Made by a program: the position numbers and the translations under genes. Below are positions 60,724 to 64,000 of a DNA stretch of 64,000 nt, piece after piece (positions within the stretch are counted from its first letter, which is position 1; every line of letters begins with the position of its first letter). This DNA is from Mobula hypostoma. Its lineage: Eukaryota. The stretch is from assembly GCF_963921235.1 (NCBI RefSeq), contig NC_086097.1:97404001-97468000 (forward strand), written 5' to 3'. A model generated the notes under the pieces. It made no database searches and was not told the origin of the DNA. It saw nothing but the letters and a program-made list of their open reading frames with translations.

Positions 60724-61780
60724 AGACCACAAGACCACAAGACAAAGGAGCAGAAGTCGGCCATTCGGCCCATCGAGTCTGCTCCACCATTCCATCATGA
60801 GCTGATCCATTCTCCCATTTAGTCCCACTCCCCCGCTTCTCACCATAACCTTTGATGCCCTGGCTACTCAGATACCTATCAATCTCTGCCTTAAATACAC
60901 CCAATGACTTGACCTCCACTGCCGCCCGTGGCAACAAATTCCACAGATTCATCACCGTCTGGCTGAAAAAATTTCTTCGCATCTCTGTTCTGAATGGCTG
61001 CCCTTCAATCCTTAAGTCATGTCCTCTCGTACTAGACTCCACCATCATGGGAAACAACTTTGCCACATCCACTCTGTCCATGCCTTTCAACATTGGAAAT
61101 GTTTCTATGAGGTCCCCCCTCATTCTTCTAAACTCCAAGGAATACAGTCCAAGAGCGGACAAACGTTCCTCATATGTTAACCCTCTCATTTCCGGAATCA
61201 TTCTAGTGAATCTTCTCTGTACCCTCTCCAACGTTAGCACATCCTTCCTCAAATAAGGAGACCAAAACTGCCCACAGTACTCCAAGTGAGGTCTCACCAG
61301 CGCCTTATAGAGCCTCAACATCACATCCCTGCTCCTATACTCTATTCCTCTAGAAATGAATGCCAACATTGCATTCGCCTTCTTCACCACCGACTCAACC
61401 TGGAAGTTAACCTTAAGGGTATCCTGTACGAGGACTCCCAAGTCCCGTTGCATCTCAGAACTTTGAATTCTCTCCCCATTTAAATAATAGTCTGCCCATT
61501 TACTTCTTCTGCCAAAGTGCATAACCATACACTTTCCAACATTGTATTTCATTTGCCACTTCTTTGCCCATTCTTCCAATCTATCCAAGTCCCTCTGCAG
61601 ACTCTCTGTTTCCTCAGCACTACCGACCCCGCCACCTATCTTCGTATCATCAGCAAACTTAGCCACAAAGCCATCAATTCCATAATCCAAATCATTGATG
61701 TACAACGTAAAAAGAAGTGGCCCCAACACGGACCCCTGTGGAACACCACTGGTAACCGGCAGCCAACCAGAATAGGATCC
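60724..61780 (-). mobile_element. Young 5'-truncated CR1 with an open RT frame
   Basis: 343-aa ORF LGPLLFTLYIND...KFADDTKIGG...RPHLEYCGQFWSP; (TTGTGGTC)n tail. Confidence 0.92.
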
Positions 61781-61782
61781 GC

Positions 61783-62295
61783 AAACAACAGGAATTCTGC
61801 AGATGCTGGAAATTCAAGCAACACACATCAAAGTTGCTGATGAACGCAGCAGGCCAGGCAGCATCTCTAGGAAGAGGTACAGTTGATGTTTCAGGCCGAG
61901 ACCCTTCATCAGGACTAACTGAAGGAAGAGTTAGTAAGAGATTTGAAAGTGGGAGGGGGAGGGGGAGATCCAAAATGATAGGAGAAGACAGGAGGAGGAG
62001 GGATGGAGCCAAGAGCTGGACAGGTGATTGACAAAAGGGATATGAGAGGATCATGGGACAGGAGGTCTGGGGAGAAAGACAAGGCCGGGGGGAACCCAGA
62101 GGATGGGCAAGGGGTATAGTCAGAGGGACAGAGGGAGAAAAAGGAGAGTGAGAGAAAGAATGTGTGTATAAAAATAAATAACGGATGGGGTACGAGGGGG
62201 AGGTGGAGCATTAGCGGAAGTTAGAGAACAACACCTTATATTCCATCTGGGTAGCCTCCAACCTGATGGCATGAACATCGACTTCTCTAACTTCC
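61783..62295. mobile_element. Penelope-like pLTR (minus) fused to an inverted GIY-YIG end (plus)
   Basis: Near-identical to 43388-44004; LIFHLGSLQPDGMNIDFSNF at 62235-62294; decayed hammerhead at 61881-61916. Confidence 0.82.
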
Positions 62296-62574
62296 GATTA
62301 CTGCGAACTGAACTGAACTAAATTGAACTGAACTTTGTATCACTTTGAAACTGTCATTTACCCCTAGACAACGATAAAGCTTGATCGATCCTGTTACCTT
62401 AATTCTGTGTACATGTATGTTTATCATTGCTGAACTGTTGCATTCATTATCCTTTTCATTAGAGTACTGTGTTGTTTGTTTCTTTAATAAAACTTTCTTA
62501 GTTCTAGTAATCCAGACTCCAACTGAGTGATCCATTTCTGCTGGTTTGGCAACCCAGTTACGGGGTACGTAACA
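62296..62574 (+). repeat. Partial LTR (3' third) related to the Gmr1-like LTRs
   Basis: Matches about 11250-11526; ends GGGGTACGTAACA. Confidence 0.85.
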
Positions 62575-62986
62575 GATCTGAACATCTTGGTTTAAATAAG
62601 TAACTCAATGAACTTTGCAGGTTTTGAACATTCCCCGTGTGACTATTAATGGTTGAAAATCATGACATTACAGTATTGAGGTCAAGTATTCCTTTGGATT
62701 GACAGAGATCCTGGACAGCAGAAGCTGGAATATTGGTTGCTGTTGCAGAGGCTCCCAACAAACTGGTGGGCTAGATTTACTCTGGGAGGAAGCAATTTGT
62801 TATGTAACTTCTGATTAAATTTTCAAGAGAATGAAAGTGATCAAGGAATGTAGAAAGAGTAATTTTGTGAGTTGATAGACACCAAAGCCAATGGTAAGCA
62901 ATACATCTCTAGTATTTCTTAAAGCTTTCAACTTATTGTGTTGTGTATTTAATATTTCAGTAATATTAAATATTCCGTAATATTCA

Positions 62987-63950
62987 GAAGTTCTCCATCT
63001 GCCTGCACCTCAGGAAGATTACCACCCTCCCCGCATCACCATCGATGAGGTAGAGCTGAAGACAGTCCACCAGTTCAGCTACCTGGGGTGCACCATCTTG
63101 TCAGATGCCAAGATCGACAAAGAGATTGACAACAGACTGGCAAAGGCAAACAGCGCATTCGGCAGGCTGTACAAAAGAGTCTGGAACAACAAGCATTTGA
63201 AGAAAGGCACAAAGATCAGTGTGTACAGAGCCGTTGTACTGACCACCCTCCTGTACGGCTCCGAGTCATGGTTAAGTGAGGCTATTTGCTATTCATGCAT
63301 TTATACACATAACAGGTTATGAATAGCAAATAGCCTCACTTAAAGTAATATGTTGGTTGACCGTCAACACCTACGACTCCTTGAGCGTTTCCACCAGTGC
63401 TGCCTCCGCACCATCCTCAACATCCACAGGAGGGACTTCGTCACCAACATCGAAGTCCTCGAACAGGCGGAGGTCACCAGCATCGAGGCCATGCTGTTGA
63501 AGACGCAGCTGTGCTGGGCAGGGCACGACTCCAGGATGGAGGATCATCGCCTGCCAAAGATTGTGCTGTATGGCGAACTCTCCACTGGCCACAGTGACAG
63601 AGGGACACCAAAGAAGAGGTACAAGGACTCTCTGAAGAAATCCCTTGGTGCCTGTCACATTGACCATCACCAGTGGTCTAACCTCGCCTCCGATCGCGAG
63701 GCCTGGTGACACACCATTCACCAGTCCGTCTCCTCCTTCGAGAACACACCCAGGGCTGACATTGAGGACAAAAGGAGAAGGAGGAAGAACCGTGACACAG
63801 CAGCACCAAATCCAGAACAGAATTTCCCTTGCAGACACTGTGGTCTGACCTGCCTGTCCCGTATTGGCCTCGTCAGCCACCAGCGAGCCTGCAGCGGACG
63901 TGGGCAGCCCCCTTCCTAAATTTTCGTTCGCAAAGCCAAGCCATGACGAA
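62987..63950 (+). mobile_element. RTE-clade LINE 3' portion
   Basis: FSYLG, RLAKANSAFGRL, LLYGSESW, WAGH..RM...RLPK and a C-terminal finger CRHCGLTC...LVSH. Confidence 0.88.
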
Positions 63951-64000
63951 TGTTTGAGTAATCTTGTACATATGTTGGTTGACTAAGCATTTTTGTCCAT

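Noticed and set aside
45300..64000. Exons of an upstream neighbour such as GANC
   Set aside because: I found no glucosidase-like peptide with splice signals; small exons could be missed by eye

Overview
Eukaryotic, repeat-dense vertebrate DNA, most likely from a cartilaginous fish (inferred from the V-SINE/HE1-type SINEs, abundant CR1 and Rex/Babar LINEs, and Penelope pLTRs). The only host gene I can support is the 5' end of calpain-3 (capn3) on the minus strand. It has two alternative first coding exons: a muscle p94/NS-type exon (45009-45257) and a lens Lp82/AX1-type exon (29173-29424). Both have phase-0 donors compatible with a shared 70-bp exon 2 (21224-21293). Each first exon has tissue-appropriate upstream motifs: CArG/MEF2/E-box for NS, half-MARE/SOX for AX1. 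Most of the rest is transposon sequence: a CsRN1-like Gypsy element, a full-length Gmr1-type Gypsy (PR-IN-RT-RH order, SCAN-like Gag) nested in an RTE nested in a CR1, many CR1/Rex/RTE/L1 relics, Penelope pLTRs carrying minimal hammerhead ribozyme motifs, and a two-copy RTE-derived non-autonomous element with a candidate HDV-like RNA fold. All family assignments come from motif recognition by eye, with no database search. Boundaries of decayed repeats are approximate.
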